NCBI GenBank assembly: GCA_019923625.1
Contig: JAHXGN010000001.1
Coordinates: 8,939-72,938, forward strand
From: Candidatus Nealsonbacteria bacterium
GTDB lineage: Bacteria > Patescibacteriota > Minisyncoccia > Minisyncoccales > RBG-13-42-11
Direction: 5' to 3'
DNA length: 64,000 nt
The position numbers and the translations under genes are program-made. Each line of letters starts with the position of its first letter. The first letter of the stretch is position 1. The notes under the pieces were generated by a model. The model was not told where the DNA came from, made no database searches, and saw only the letters and a list, made by a program, of their open reading frames with translations. Below, in pieces: positions 45,368 through 55,845 of the stretch.

Positions 45368-45739
45368 TTATACCAGTTCCTCGGCCAATGCAGCAATCTT
45401 ATCAAAACCCTTCTCTTTCAATTCTCGGGCAACTGGACCCAAAATTCTTCCGCCTTTTGGCTCTTTGGTTTTTCCTTCTAAAATCAAACAAGCATTATCG
45501 TCAAACCGAATATATGATCCATCCGACCTTTTAAATTCTTTTTTTTGCCTAATAACCACTGCCCTGACCACTTCATGTGTTTTAACTATCCTTCTTGGTT
45601 CGGCTTCTTTTATCGTTCCAACAATAATATCGGAAATTTGAGCATATCTACGTCTTGAACCACCCAGGACTAAAATACATTGTAAGGTCTTGGCTCCGGT
45701 ATTATCGGCAACTTTTAATATTGTACGCAGCTGAATCAT
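45368..45739 (-). CDS. rplN: 50S ribosomal protein L14
   Basis: VADNTGAK, DGSYIRFDDNA, GPVAREL. Confidence 0.98.
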   Translation of the reverse strand: MIQLRTILKVADNTGAKTLQCILVLGGSRRRYAQISDIIVGTIKEAEPRRIVKTHEVVRAVVIRQKKEFKRSDGSYIRFDDNACLILEGKTKEPKGGRILGPVARELKEKGFDKIAALAEELV

Positions 45740-45975
45740 AAACCAAGTTTTTTAATTACTCTCCACTTTTTTTCTTTACTTATTGGTCTGCACTCCTCGA
45801 TGACAACCTTATCCCCAACATGATATTCTCCTTTTTCATCGTGGGCTTTATATTTTTTGGAAACCCTAAATCTCCTTTTATATTTCGGATGTTCTTTAAT
45901 TCGTTCGGTTTCAACGACAATCGTTTTTTGCATTTTATTTGAAATGACTGTTCCGGTTAGTTGACGCTTTGGCAT
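45736..45975 (-). CDS. rpsQ: 30S ribosomal protein S17
   Basis: SNKMQKTIVV, HPKY, ECRPISK. Confidence 0.97.
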   Translation of the reverse strand: MPKRQLTGTVISNKMQKTIVVETERIKEHPKYKRRFRVSKKYKAHDEKGEYHVGDKVVIEECRPISKEKKWRVIKKLGL

Positions 45976-45982
45976 AAATTTA

Positions 45983-46159
45983 TTACTTTAGCAAAGTAAG
46001 TATTCTGGCAATGTCTTTTTTAATTTTTCTAATCTCTCTGACATTCTTTACTTTAGCTAAGACCAAATCAAAACGCAACTGCTTTAAACTTTCTCTTGAA
46101 GTTTGAAGCAATTTTTGTAATTCTGGTTTTGATTTTTGTCGCAATTCTTTTGTCTTCAT
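45983..46159 (-). CDS. rpmC: 50S ribosomal protein L29 (absent from the ORF track)
   Basis: Manual translation MKTKELRQKS...LRFDL...IRKIKKDIARILTLLK; between rplP and rpsQ. Confidence 0.93.
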   Translation of the reverse strand: MKTKELRQKSKPELQKLLQTSRESLKQLRFDLVLAKVKNVREIRKIKKDIARILTLLK

Positions 46160-46211
46160 TAATATCCGTTGAATTAACTGCTATACGTCGAATTGACGCT
46201 AAATCAGCGGT

Positions 46212-46619
46212 TTATCCGCGCTTAACAAATTTAGTTTTCACAGGCAATTTATCGGCTGCTTTTTTCAGGGCATCTCTAGCTGCTTCTTCTTTTATTCCTT
46301 CTATCTCAAAAATAATTCGACCGGGCCTTATTGGAAAAACATAATGGTCAACACTCCCTTTTCCTCCACCCATTGGCACTTCGGTTCCTTTTCTGGTTAT
46401 TGGTTTTTGGGGGAAAATTCTAATCCAGAGTTTACCTCCTTTTTTCAAGTATCTCAAAATGGCTCTTCTAGCCGCTTCAATTTGACGGGAACTAATCCAA
46501 TGGGTTGCTAATGATTTTAAGCCGAAAGAACCGAAAGTTATTTCCGTTCCACGATTTTCAGCGCCCTTTGACCTTCCTTTTCGCCATTTTCGATGTTTAA
46601 CTTTGCGAGGCATTAACAT
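46212..46619 (-). CDS. rplP: 50S ribosomal protein L16
   Basis: [21 protein letters not shown]. Confidence 0.97.
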   Translation of the reverse strand: MLMPRKVKHRKWRKGRSKGAENRGTEITFGSFGLKSLATHWISSRQIEAARRAILRYLKKGGKLWIRIFPQKPITRKGTEVPMGGGKGSVDHYVFPIRPGRIIFEIEGIKEEAARDALKKAADKLPVKTKFVKRG

Positions 46620-46623
46620 AATA

Positions 46624-47268
46624 TTAGGCGAAACGTTCGCCCTTATATATCCAAACCTTTATTCCTATTATTCCGTAGGTGCAGTAGGCCCGTTCTTGGG
46701 CATAATCAATATCTGCTCTTATGGTTTGACGGGGTAATTTTCCCTTTTTTAACCATTCTCTTCTGGCAATCTCAGCTCCGTTGAGCCGACCAGATACCTC
46801 CACTCTTGCTCCCTTAATTTCTTTATTTGTTATAATTTTATCTAATCCTCGCTTTAATACCTTTCTAAAAGGAATTCTTTTTTCTATTTGTTGGGCAATC
46901 CACTGAGCTGAAAGTGAAGCAGAGGTCCAGGGATTTTTTATCTCTCTAATTTCAATCCTTAAATCCTTTTTGTCTTGTTTTAACGGGAATAAAATCTTGT
47001 CTAATTCTTTTTTAATCCGTTCAACGCCCTCTCCTCCCCGACCAATAATTAATCCCGGCCTGGCAGTGTGAATAATAATATTTATTTTGCCCGGAAATCT
47101 TTCAATTTCAATTTTTTCAATACCCATTTTCTCTAATTTTTTATTTAAAAATTCTCTAATTTTAAAATCTTCGGCCAAATAAAAAGCCGGTTTTTTATAA
47201 AATCCCTGGGAATTCCAATCGGCTATGTTTCTAATTCTAAATATTTTTGGATGAACTTTATGAGTCAT
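46624..47268 (-). CDS. rpsC: 30S ribosomal protein S3
   Basis: [31 protein letters not shown]. Confidence 0.97.
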   Translation of the reverse strand: MTHKVHPKIFRIRNIADWNSQGFYKKPAFYLAEDFKIREFLNKKLEKMGIEKIEIERFPGKINIIIHTARPGLIIGRGGEGVERIKKELDKILFPLKQDKKDLRIEIREIKNPWTSASLSAQWIAQQIEKRIPFRKVLKRGLDKIITNKEIKGARVEVSGRLNGAEIARREWLKKGKLPRQTIRADIDYAQERAYCTYGIIGIKVWIYKGERFA

Positions 47269-47291
47269 ATATCTTAAACAGCAGTGAAATT

Positions 47292-47894
47292 TTAAAACGC
47301 TTTACGTTTGAATATTTTTTTAATTCCTCTTTCAATTTTTGGTTTTTTAATCTCTGATTCCGGCCTTTGAAGTTTGGGCTTTTTAATTTTAGGGGTTTTT
47401 TCTATTTTTTCTTTAACTTCTTTGGTTTTTTTAATTTTTAAAGGTTTCTTCTTAATCTCCCGAGCGATAGCGAAGGGGTTCGAAGAGAACTTTGTTCTCT
47501 TCTCACGCCTCACCTTCCTATCGTCAGGTTCAGCGTGAGAAGAAGATTTATCTTCTTCGAACTTCTTCTCAATTGTATCCAAAACCAAAGTAATATGAGA
47601 GGTTTTTTTTTGAATTGCCGCAGCTCTACCTCTTGCCCGAGCCCTCCATCTTTTTAATTTTTTGCCTTCATCAACCGTAATTTTGGAAATAAAAAAATTT
47701 GATTTTTCTAAGCCAAAATTATATTTGGCATTGTTGTGGGCTGAATTTAAAAGTTTTAACAATGGCTGGCATGCTTTTTTGATGGTCAAATTTAAAATCG
47801 TTTGAGCTTCCTCAACCCTTTTTCCCCTAATTAAATCGGCAACCAATCTAACTTTTCTGGGAGCTATTCTTAAATTTCGAAGTTTTGCAATCAT
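47292..47894 (-). CDS. rplV: 50S ribosomal protein L22 with long C-terminal extension
   Basis: APRKVRLVADLIRG, RARGRA, TSHITLVL. Confidence 0.96.
   Translation of the reverse strand: MIAKLRNLRIAPRKVRLVADLIRGKRVEEAQTILNLTIKKACQPLLKLLNSAHNNAKYNFGLEKSNFFISKITVDEGKKLKRWRARARGRAAAIQKKTSHITLVLDTIEKKFEEDKSSSHAEPDDRKVRREKRTKFSSNPFAIAREIKKKPLKIKKTKEVKEKIEKTPKIKKPKLQRPESEIKKPKIERGIKKIFKRKAF
47458..47562. repeat. Nested family B composite in rplV
   Basis: Encodes [35 protein letters not shown]. Confidence 0.92.
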
Positions 47895-47936
47895 TAAAAT
47901 AAATTGAAAATTTATTGTTAAGTCAAATAAGTATTA

Positions 47937-48257
47937 TTATTTTTTATTTTCAGGACCTGCCAAGCCGGTAGAAGTTGCTTTTGTTTTCAATTCTCTTTGC
48001 ATTTTTCCACCATGTTTGAAAAATTTTGTTGTTGGCGAAAATTCGCCTAATTTGTGACCAACCATATCCTCGGTTATTTTGACTGAAATAAATTCTTTTC
48101 CGTTGTGAACGCCAAAAGTAAATCCAATCATCTCAGGCGCAATGGTACAACTTCTGGACCAGGTCTTAATAATGGCACTGGTTTCGGGTTTAAAATTTCT
48201 AACCTTATTTAATAATTTTTCATCCACTTGGGGACCTTTTTTCAGTGAGCGTGTCAT
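47937..48257 (-). CDS. rpsS: 30S ribosomal protein S19
   Basis: [26 protein letters not shown]; ATG at 48257. Confidence 0.97.
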   Translation of the reverse strand: MTRSLKKGPQVDEKLLNKVRNFKPETSAIIKTWSRSCTIAPEMIGFTFGVHNGKEFISVKITEDMVGHKLGEFSPTTKFFKHGGKMQRELKTKATSTGLAGPENKK

Positions 48258-48270
48258 ATTATTTTTATAA

Positions 48271-49065
48271 TTATTTCTTCTTTTTCTTCGGTTTGCGTCT
48301 TTGAATAATATATTTATTGGTCCATTTCTTTTTTTTCCTCGTCTTTTTTCCAAGAGCTGGTTTTCCCCAGGGAGTTTTGGGATGTTTTAAACCAATTGGT
48401 GTTTTCCCCTCTCCGCCACCATGGGGATGGTCAACCGGGTTCATTGCCGTCCCCCTGACGGTGGGCCGCCAACCCTTTAATCTCCTTCTTCCGGCTTTTC
48501 CGATAATTTCAAAACGATGCTCGGGATAAGAAACCACTCCGACCGTAGCATAACATTCTTGTAAAATTTTTCTAACCTCACCTGAGAACATTTCTAAATG
48601 AGTGTATTTACCTTCCCGGGCTAAAATTTTGGCCGAAGCGCCGGCGCTCCTTATTAATTTTCCACCCTGACTAGGATTCAATTCTATATTGTAGACCAAT
48701 GTTCCGACCGGAATATTTTTTAATTTCATTCTGTTGCCGATTTTAACTTCAGTTTTTTCAGCGCAAATAATTTCATCGCCGATTTTCATATCTTTGGCTG
48801 CCAAAAGATATCCTTTTTTCCCATTTTGGTATTCTATTAAAGCAATAAAAGCCGTCCGATAAGGGTCATATTCAAAAGCCAGAATTTTGCCGGCAAGGCC
48901 CTTTTTTTCCTGACCAAAATCTAAAATCCGGTATAATTTTTTTACTCCCCCGCCCCGGTGACGAATGGTTATCCTGCCAGAACACGCTCGACCGGCTCTT
49001 TTTTTTAAAGAGATAAGCAATTTTTTTTCTGGCTCTTTTTTTGTAAGTAATAAATGCTTTTTCAT
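48271..49065 (-). CDS. rplB: 50S ribosomal protein L2
   Basis: [31 protein letters not shown]; ATG at 49065. Confidence 0.97.
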   Translation of the reverse strand: MKKHLLLTKKEPEKKLLISLKKRAGRACSGRITIRHRGGGVKKLYRILDFGQEKKGLAGKILAFEYDPYRTAFIALIEYQNGKKGYLLAAKDMKIGDEIICAEKTEVKIGNRMKLKNIPVGTLVYNIELNPSQGGKLIRSAGASAKILAREGKYTHLEMFSGEVRKILQECYATVGVVSYPEHRFEIIGKAGRRRLKGWRPTVRGTAMNPVDHPHGGGEGKTPIGLKHPKTPWGKPALGKKTRKKKKWTNKYIIQRRKPKKKKK

Positions 49066-49077
49066 AAAAATGTTTAA

Positions 49078-49149
49078 GCCAGGCAAGTGGTTTCAGTGAG
49101 CTAGCCTCGCTGGGGCGAGCGAACGACCCTGAAACCAGCTTGCCGAGCG
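49078..49149. repeat. Family A short variant (one arm)
   Basis: GCCAGGCAAG-TGGTTTCAG..GCTG..CTGAAACCA-GCTTGCCGAGCG. Confidence 0.8.
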
Positions 49150-49177
49150 ATTATCCAGCTAACCAGAAAAAATAAAA

Positions 49178-49312
49178 GCGAGGGAAGTAATTTTTAGGAG
49201 CATCCGCAGCCGAGCGGGCAAGGTCTCGCACTCAGCGAGGAGCGAGGCGAGGACATGAGCGAACGAACACGCTGGGTGAGTGAGCGTATCCTAAAAATTA
49301 GCCTGCCGAGCG
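49178..49312. repeat. Family A structured element, copy 5 (after rplW stop)
   Basis: GCGAGG..TAATTTTTAGGA..TCCGCAG..CGAGGA..GCTG..TCCTAAAAATTA..TGCCGAGCG. Confidence 0.85.
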
Positions 49313-49313
49313 A

Positions 49314-49598
49314 TTATCGTGGTAATACTTCTATCTTCTGCCCCTTTTTTATTTTAATAATTGCTTTTTTATATCCCGCCCTCCAACCTGAAATTTTTCC
49401 CAATTTTCTTTTTTTGGGCTGAAGATTAATGATTTTAACATCTAAAACATCTACCTTATAAAAATTTTCAACCGCTTTTTTAATTTCCGTTTTATTTGTT
49501 TTGGAAAAGACCTTAAATACATATTGGTTCTCTTTGGTTAAATCGGTCGCTTTTTCAGTAATATGGGGAGATTTTAAAATTTGATAAAGGTTTGTCAT
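49314..49598 (-). CDS. rplW: 50S ribosomal protein L23
   Basis: PHITEKA, NKTEIKKAVE, YKKAII. Confidence 0.96.
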   Translation of the reverse strand: MTNLYQILKSPHITEKATDLTKENQYVFKVFSKTNKTEIKKAVENFYKVDVLDVKIINLQPKKRKLGKISGWRAGYKKAIIKIKKGQKIEVLPR

Positions 49599-50245
49599 TT
49601 TGATTTTAAAAATGTGGTTTTTATTATTTTAATTGATTCTTTTGGCATGATTAAATACTTAAAAGAAAGCAGGTCTAAACAATTTAAATCTTTTACCTGA
49701 ATGGTTTTTACTTGTGGAAGATTTCTAGCCGCTAAAATTATCTTTTTGTTCATTTCCGGTAAAGCAATCAAAGTGTTTCCTTTTTTGAAATTTTCAATTT
49801 TTGAACTTAAAACATTAATAATTTCGGCCATTGATTTTGTTTTTGCTTTTTCTAATTTCAATTGATTGACAAAAATTAATAAATTACTTTTCGCCTTAGC
49901 GGTCAAAACCATCAAAAGAGCTTTTCTTTTTATTTTCTTGGGAATCATTTTTTTGAAAACTTTTTCTTTTCTCGGTCCAAAAGTTATTCCCCCGCCCCGC
50001 CAAAGAGGAGAACGAATTGAACCGTGTCTAGCCCTACCCGTTCCTTTTTGCCGCCAGGGTTTTTTTCCTCCGCCCCTTACCTCTCCCCTGGTTTTTGTTT
50101 GAGCCAGAATTTTTCTCCGGTTTGCCATCTGAGAAACAACAACTTGATGAATCAAATCGTGATTTATTTTAACATCAAAAATTTCTTTTGGCAGCGAAAT
50201 TTTTTCTATTTCCTTACCTTCTTGATTGTAAACTGTTATTTCCAT
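49595..50245 (-). CDS. rplD: 50S ribosomal protein L4
   Basis: KPWRQKGTGRARHGSIRSPLWRGGG. Confidence 0.98.
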   Translation of the reverse strand: MEITVYNQEGKEIEKISLPKEIFDVKINHDLIHQVVVSQMANRRKILAQTKTRGEVRGGGKKPWRQKGTGRARHGSIRSPLWRGGGITFGPRKEKVFKKMIPKKIKRKALLMVLTAKAKSNLLIFVNQLKLEKAKTKSMAEIINVLSSKIENFKKGNTLIALPEMNKKIILAARNLPQVKTIQVKDLNCLDLLSFKYLIMPKESIKIIKTTFLKSK

Positions 50246-50265
50246 ATAAAAATTAAGCGAGGCAA

Positions 50266-50919
50266 CTATCCCCTAATTTCCAATAAAGTTCCTTTTGGCC
50301 CGGGTATAGCCCCTTTTATCGCCAAAAGATTATTTTCTTTATCAATTTTAACTATTTTTAAATTTTTGATTGTTACTCTTTGGTTTCCCATACGACCTGC
50401 CATTTTTTTCCCTTTTATTACTCTTTCGGGAAAAGAACTGCCAATTGAGCCGGCTTTTCTTGATTCATGTTTTACTCCATGAGTGGCATTTCTACCCGAA
50501 AATCCCCATCTTTTGACTACTCCGGCAAAACCTTTTCCCTTAGAAATTCCGGAAACTTCAACAACATCTCCTTCCCGAAAAATTGAAACATTGATTTCAT
50601 CTCCGACTTTATATTTTGAAACATCTATATTGTCTCTATTGTTTCCCCTAAACTCCCGCAAATATCTAAATGGTTTTTGTTTTTGCGGTTTTTTTATTTT
50701 CTTGTCTTTTAATTTTATAAAACCAATCTGTGAAGCGTCATAATTATCTTTTTTATCTTTCTTGTCCCCTGGCTGGCTGGCAGTAATGGCGCGGGACTCT
50801 TTGGTTTTTACTTGAGTAATTTGACAGGGGCCGGCTTCAATTAAAGTTATCGGAATTACTTTTCCGTTTTTGTCAAAAATTTGAGACATACCAAGTTTTA
50901 AACCTAAAATAAATTTCAT
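50266..50919 (-). CDS. rplC: 50S ribosomal protein L3
   Basis: KLGMSQ, SKGKGFAGVVKRWGF, KGKKMAGRMG. Confidence 0.98.
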   Translation of the reverse strand: MKFILGLKLGMSQIFDKNGKVIPITLIEAGPCQITQVKTKESRAITASQPGDKKDKKDNYDASQIGFIKLKDKKIKKPQKQKPFRYLREFRGNNRDNIDVSKYKVGDEINVSIFREGDVVEVSGISKGKGFAGVVKRWGFSGRNATHGVKHESRKAGSIGSSFPERVIKGKKMAGRMGNQRVTIKNLKIVKIDKENNLLAIKGAIPGPKGTLLEIRG

Positions 50920-50933
50920 GATTAATAGCAGAT

Positions 50934-51050
50934 TTAAAATAACGGAGGACAGTCCTCCGTATCTAAGATATGTAAGAATCCCGAGTGTTGTTTACACTTT
51001 TTTGAGCGAGGCAATAAAGTTAAAATAACGGAGGACAGTCCTCCGTATCT
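50934..51050. repeat. 31-nt direct repeat carrying a hairpin (50934-50964, 51020-51050)
   Basis: TTAAAATAACGGAGGACAGTCCTCCGTATCT x2. Confidence 0.85.
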
Positions 51051-51062
51051 TAGATCTGTGCC

Positions 51063-51404
51063 TTACATTTTAATTTCAATATCAACTCCGGCCGGTAAAG
51101 TAAGTCGCGTTAGAGCATCAATTATTTTTGGATTGGGATTTAAAATATCAATTAGTCTTTTATGAATTCTCATTTCAAACTGCTCCCTGGCGTCTTTATG
51201 AACAAAAGAGGACCGATTAACAGTATATTTGTGAATTTCGGTTGGAATGGGCACCGGGCCCAAAACCTCCACCCCGCAACGCAAAGCTATTTCAATAATT
51301 TGTTTTGTTGAATTATCAATAACTTTGTGGTCGTAAGACCGCAGTTTAATCCGAATCTTGGTTTTTATTTCTTCAACTTCAGCAACTGTTTTTTTGGCTG
51401 GCAT
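51063..51404 (-). CDS. rpsJ: 30S ribosomal protein S10
   Basis: [32 protein letters not shown]. Confidence 0.98.
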   Translation of the reverse strand: MPAKKTVAEVEEIKTKIRIKLRSYDHKVIDNSTKQIIEIALRCGVEVLGPVPIPTEIHKYTVNRSSFVHKDAREQFEMRIHKRLIDILNPNPKIIDALTRLTLPAGVDIEIKM

Positions 51405-51452
51405 CTTAAAAGAACAATAAAAATTGCTAATTATTCCGTTATAACTTATTAA

Positions 51453-52652
51453 CTATTTTATTATTTTCGTCGTTACTCCTGCTCCTACTGTTTTTCCTCC
51501 TTCCCGAATTGCAAACCTTTGTTTTTCTTCCAAAGCAATAGGAACAATTAATTTTATTTTTAAATTAACGGTGTCGCCAGGCATGACCATTTCCGTTCCC
51601 TCGGCTAAAACCACATCTCCGGTCACATCAGTAGTTCTGAAATAAAGTTGGGGTTTATAGCCGGAAAAAAATGGGGTATGACGACCACCTTCTTCTTTGG
51701 TTAAAATATAAACTTCGGCTTCAAATTCAGTATGAGGAGTAATCGTTCCCGGTTTAGCTAAAACCTGACCCCTTTGCGCGTCTTCTTTTTTAAGGCCCCT
51801 AATCAAGACCCCGACATTGTCGCCAGCTCTTCCTTCGTCAAGAATTTTCTGAAACATTTCAACACTAACCGCAGTGGTCTTAACTGTTGGTTTAATACCA
51901 ACTATCTCTATTTCGTCATTATTTTGAACCACTCCTCTTTCAACTCTTCCGGTTACAACCGTTCCTCGGCCGGAAATGGAAAAAACATCTTCAATAGCCA
52001 TTAAAAATGGTTTATCTATTTCTCTAACCGGTTCGGGAATATGTTCATCTACCGCTTTCATTAATTCCAAAATTTTCTTTGCCCATTCATCATCAATAGA
52101 TTTTGCTTCCAGGGCTTTTGCGGCCGAACCCTTAATTATTGGAATAGTATCACCGGGAAAACCATATTTTTTCAAAATTTCTCGGACTTCACTCTCAACT
52201 AAATCAATAATTTCCGGGTCATCAACCAAATCGCATTTATTTAAAAAGACAACTATTGAAGGCAGACCGACTTGACGAGCCAATAAAATATGCTCTCTGG
52301 TTTGAGGCATTGGTCCATCAGGAGCTGAAACCACTAAAATTGCGCCGTCCATTTGAGCTGCTCCGGTAATCATATTTTTGATATAATCAGCGTGGCCCGG
52401 ACAATCAATATGGGCATAATGTCTTTTTTCGGTTTCATATTCAAGATGAGAAATACTAATGGTCAATCCCCTGGCTTTTTCTTCAGGAGCGGCATCAATT
52501 TGATCAACCGATTTTTTAACTATTTTGGGGTTGCTCAAGCCCAAAACATGTAAAATAGATGCCACTAATGTGGTTTTTCCATGGTCAACATGACCAATAG
52601 TGCCGACATTAATATGGGGTTTTTCCCTGATAAATTTTTCTTTTTCTGCCAT
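51453..52652 (-). CDS. tuf: Elongation factor Tu
   Basis: [28 protein letters not shown]; ATG at 52652. Confidence 0.98.
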   Translation of the reverse strand: MAEKEKFIREKPHINVGTIGHVDHGKTTLVASILHVLGLSNPKIVKKSVDQIDAAPEEKARGLTISISHLEYETEKRHYAHIDCPGHADYIKNMITGAAQMDGAILVVSAPDGPMPQTREHILLARQVGLPSIVVFLNKCDLVDDPEIIDLVESEVREILKKYGFPGDTIPIIKGSAAKALEAKSIDDEWAKKILELMKAVDEHIPEPVREIDKPFLMAIEDVFSISGRGTVVTGRVERGVVQNNDEIEIVGIKPTVKTTAVSVEMFQKILDEGRAGDNVGVLIRGLKKEDAQRGQVLAKPGTITPHTEFEAEVYILTKEEGGRHTPFFSGYKPQLYFRTTDVTGDVVLAEGTEMVMPGDTVNLKIKLIVPIALEEKQRFAIREGGKTVGAGVTTKIIK

Positions 52653-52922
52653 AAAATTATAATGCGAACCTACCAATAATATACGAGCGCCGCGAATAAT
52701 TTATTTATTCGCAACATTCGGATAAAAATTCGCAGCATTCGGATTATTCTTATTATATTATTATTCTACTTAATCTTTAAAGTTTGTCAATATAAGTTGT
52801 CTGAACGTCAGTCAAGGTTTAACGTCAACAGGATTTATTGTTCGCTGTTTATTACAAAAAGTCAATGGGGTGAATTGAATACCCGTACCCGGTTTACCCG
52901 CTTGCCATCGCCTAAGCCTAAG

Positions 52923-52995
52923 AGCCTGAGGCCGGATTTGAACCGAGCGACCTACTGTTTACAAAACAGTTGCTCTGCCGCTGAGCTACTCAGGC
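52923..52995 (-). tRNA. tRNA-Thr(TGT), CCA not encoded
   Basis: Acceptor GCCTGAG/CTCAGGC, D arm GCTC/GAGC, anticodon arm ACTGT-TTTGTAA-ACAGT, GGTTCAAATCC; T stem has one irregular base. Confidence 0.88.
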
Positions 52996-53093
52996 TTAGG
53001 CGATGGCAGGCAGGCAAAACCATTGCTTTGCCACCAAGGCAAGCGAGTCGGCAAGTTCTATATCCTGGCCAAGACAGCTGTTTTCCTCTTGAA

Positions 53094-53471
53094 TTATTCT
53101 GACTCATTTTTGGTTGAGTTTTTTATTTCTTGCCAATAATTATCATCCTCTTTAATTTTCTTTTTTTTGGTTTTTTCTCTTATTTTCTGAAGTAAATTGG
53201 CGGTTTTGTTTTCCATTTTCAAACTCAAGACCCTGATTTTTGAAAGAATGTTTTGAAAAAATATATCTGGGTTGACTTTTTTAAAGTATCTCCAGTTTTT
53301 AACCCTGTCTTTTATTAAAATAATTTTTCTCTTTAAAAAATAAGTTTGGAAACATTTGTCTTTTTGGGGCTTTTCCGGCAATTGGGCTAAAATTGATATT
53401 TTTTTAAATGCGATTGAAATAATTCCCAAAAAACTTCCGATTAAAATAATGGTGGCGATTAATTCTGGCAT
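53094..53471 (-). CDS. Hypothetical single-TM protein
   Basis: N-terminal hydrophobic helix, co-oriented directly after tsf. Confidence 0.7.
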   Translation of the reverse strand: MPELIATIILIGSFLGIISIAFKKISILAQLPEKPQKDKCFQTYFLKRKIILIKDRVKNWRYFKKVNPDIFFQNILSKIRVLSLKMENKTANLLQKIREKTKKKKIKEDDNYWQEIKNSTKNESE

Positions 53472-53474
53472 TTT

Positions 53475-53918
53475 TTAAATTTCGTAACGAATAAATCTTT
53501 TAAGGACAACATTTTCTCCCAATTTTACTATATATTCATCAATTAAGTCCTTGATTTTTTTACTTTCATCCCTTATCCAGGATTGTTCTAAAATGGGTGA
53601 ATTTCCTTCAAAACCGGCGATTTGCAAACATAACTCGTGAGCTAAGTTTTGAAAATCTTTGGACTTGGCAACAAAGTCAGTTTCACAATTTAGTTCCAGC
53701 AAGACCCCGATTTTTTTATTGGAATGGATATAACTGTCTATAATTCCCTGTTTAACTTCTCGTTTAATTTTTTTCTCAACCAATACCTTGCCCCATTTTT
53801 TTAGAATTTCTTTTGCCTTATCAATATCGCCTCCGGATTTTTCCAAGGCCTTTTTGCATTCGGTTATTGAAATATCGGTTTCCTCTCTTAATTGTTTGAT
53901 TTGGCTAATATTTATCAT
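53475..53918 (-). CDS. tsf: Elongation factor Ts (short form)
   Basis: ECKKAL, ELNCETDFVA, KLGENV; ATG at 53918. Confidence 0.95.
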   Translation of the reverse strand: MINISQIKQLREETDISITECKKALEKSGGDIDKAKEILKKWGKVLVEKKIKREVKQGIIDSYIHSNKKIGVLLELNCETDFVAKSKDFQNLAHELCLQIAGFEGNSPILEQSWIRDESKKIKDLIDEYIVKLGENVVLKRFIRYEI

Positions 53919-53973
53919 AAGCTCAAAAGTCAAAAATCAAAGCGCAAAGCTACAACTAAAAACTTAAAATTAT

Positions 53974-54714
53974 TTAGCTTTGAGTTTTAGGCTGTGGTTT
54001 TTCGTTTTTCGCTTTAAGTTTTGCATTTAAAATCACCTCTCTTACTTTCTCCAGAATATATTTTACAGAACTGATTGCATCATCATTGGCCGGTATTGGG
54101 TAATCGGCTAAATTCGGGTCAACATTGGTATCGGAAATGCCAATTACTTTTATTCCCTTTTCCCGGGCTTCTTTTATGGATAGCGCATCTTTTTTCATAT
54201 CTAAAACGAAAATTGCCTCGGGTAATTTTTCCAAATTTTTTATTCCGCCGAATTTTTTATCCAAAACTATTAACTCTTTTTCAATTTCAGCCCTTTCTTT
54301 TTTGGTGTATTTTTCAAATTCCTCTTTGGTTTTTTTCTTTTCTAAATCTTTAAAATATTCAATTCTTTTTTTTATTATTTCAAAATTAGTAAAAGTTCCT
54401 CCTAACCAACGTTCATTAACATAAGGAAAACCGCACTCTAAGGCAATATTTTTCAACAATTCTTTTATTTGAATTTTTGTTCCAACAAAAACTAAAGTTT
54501 TCCCTTCTAAAACTAATTGCCGAATAAATTGAAGGGCTTTTTCCAATTTATCTTTCGTTTTTTCCAAATCAATAAGATGAACCGTATTTTTTTTTCCAAA
54601 TAAATAGGGCTCCATTTTGGGATGGGTTTTTGAAGTTCGGTGACCGAAATGAATTCCCAGTTGAGCCATCTCCTCAACATCAATTTTAAATTCGTCTTTT
54701 TTTATTTCCTCCAT
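53974..54714 (-). CDS. rpsB: 30S ribosomal protein S2
   Basis: GIHFGH, RWLGGTFTN, DTN, PANDDA. Confidence 0.97.
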   Translation of the reverse strand: MEEIKKDEFKIDVEEMAQLGIHFGHRTSKTHPKMEPYLFGKKNTVHLIDLEKTKDKLEKALQFIRQLVLEGKTLVFVGTKIQIKELLKNIALECGFPYVNERWLGGTFTNFEIIKKRIEYFKDLEKKKTKEEFEKYTKKERAEIEKELIVLDKKFGGIKNLEKLPEAIFVLDMKKDALSIKEAREKGIKVIGISDTNVDPNLADYPIPANDDAISSVKYILEKVREVILNAKLKAKNEKPQPKTQS

Positions 54715-54739
54715 ATAATCAGATTTTACAATATCCTTC

Positions 54740-54768
54740 TTGATTTTTCAATAGCAATGGGTTATTAT
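54740..54768 (+). promoter_or_regulatory. Putative promoter of rpmE (near-leaderless)
   Basis: TTGATT-17 nt-TATTAT, 8 nt before the ATG. Confidence 0.55.
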
Positions 54769-54776
54769 AAAAATCA

Positions 54777-55007
54777 ATGAAGACAAACATTCATCCAAAA
54801 TATTACGAGAAGGCAACAGTTCGCTGCGCCTGCGGGAATGTATTTACTGTTGGTTCAACCAAGGAAATTATTGAAGTTGAGGTTTGCTCAAAATGCCATC
54901 CCTTTTATACCGGAAAAGAAAAAATCGTTGATGTTCTGGGCCGGGTAGAAAAATTCAGAAAGAAATTGGCAAGAAAGGAAGAAATGAAAAAAGGGCGAAA
55001 AAAATAA
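54777..55007 (+). CDS. rpmE: 50S ribosomal protein L31
   Basis: [25 protein letters not shown]. Confidence 0.97.
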   Translation: MKTNIHPKYYEKATVRCACGNVFTVGSTKEIIEVEVCSKCHPFYTGKEKIVDVLGRVEKFRKKLARKEEMKKGRKK

Positions 55008-55008
55008 T

Positions 55009-55764
55009 ATGATAAATGAATCACAATCAGTAATTGTTGAAATCAGGGCAGGAGCCGGCGGAGAAGAAGCGTCTCTTTTTGTTGCCGATTTATTAAAAAT
55101 GTATTCAAGATACGCTTTTTTTAATCATTGGCAACAAAAAATTTTGGATTCTCGTCCAACTTCTTTAAATGGCTTTAAAGAAATTATTTTTGAAATTTCG
55201 GGTAACGGAGTTTTTTCAACAATGAAAAATGAGGCCGGGGTTCATCGCGTCCAGAGAATCCCGACCACCGAGAAATCGGGCAGGATTCACACCTCTACGA
55301 CCTCGGTGGCAGTACTGCTGAAACCCCAGAAAGGAAAAATTACCATAAATCCCAATGACTTAAAAATTGACACCTACAAATCATCGGGTCCTGGCGGTCA
55401 ATATGTCAACAAAAGAATGACTGCTGTCAGAATCACCCACTTGCCCAGCGGATTGGTAGTTACCTCGCAAACCGAAAGAAACCTGCAGCAAAACAGAGAA
55501 AATGCTCTGAGTATCCTGGCAGCCAGGCTTTTAGAAAAAAAAGAGGTGGAGGAGAGGACGAAAGTGGGAGAAGAAAGACGTTTGCAAATCGGCAAGGCCC
55601 AGAGAGCGGAAAAAATCAGAACTTATAATTTCCCTCAAAACAGGATTACCGACCACCGCCTGAAAAAATCATGGCATAACCTGGAAAAAATATTAAATGG
55701 AGAATTAGGTATAATAATTAAATCTTTCGAAAAAGAAAAAAACGAAGCGACTAATCTTCAATAG
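55009..55764 (+). CDS. prfA: Peptide chain release factor 1-like protein lacking the N-terminal domain
   Basis: EIRAGAGGEEA, VHRVQRIPTTE (PxT), GPGGQ, RTYNFPQNRITDHR. Confidence 0.88.
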   Translation: MINESQSVIVEIRAGAGGEEASLFVADLLKMYSRYAFFNHWQQKILDSRPTSLNGFKEIIFEISGNGVFSTMKNEAGVHRVQRIPTTEKSGRIHTSTTSVAVLLKPQKGKITINPNDLKIDTYKSSGPGGQYVNKRMTAVRITHLPSGLVVTSQTERNLQQNRENALSILAARLLEKKEVEERTKVGEERRLQIGKAQRAEKIRTYNFPQNRITDHRLKKSWHNLEKILNGELGIIIKSFEKEKNEATNLQ

Positions 55765-55770
55765 ACGTAA

Positions 55771-55797
55771 AAATACACGGGTGAAACCCGTGTATTT
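55771..55797. terminator. Hairpin between convergent genes (possible bidirectional terminator)
   Basis: AAATACACGGGT-GAA-ACCCGTGTATTT. Confidence 0.55.
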
Positions 55798-55845
55798 ATA
55801 AAAAATTGGCACAATTTAGAAGAAACTATGGCCGGAAAATTGGAA

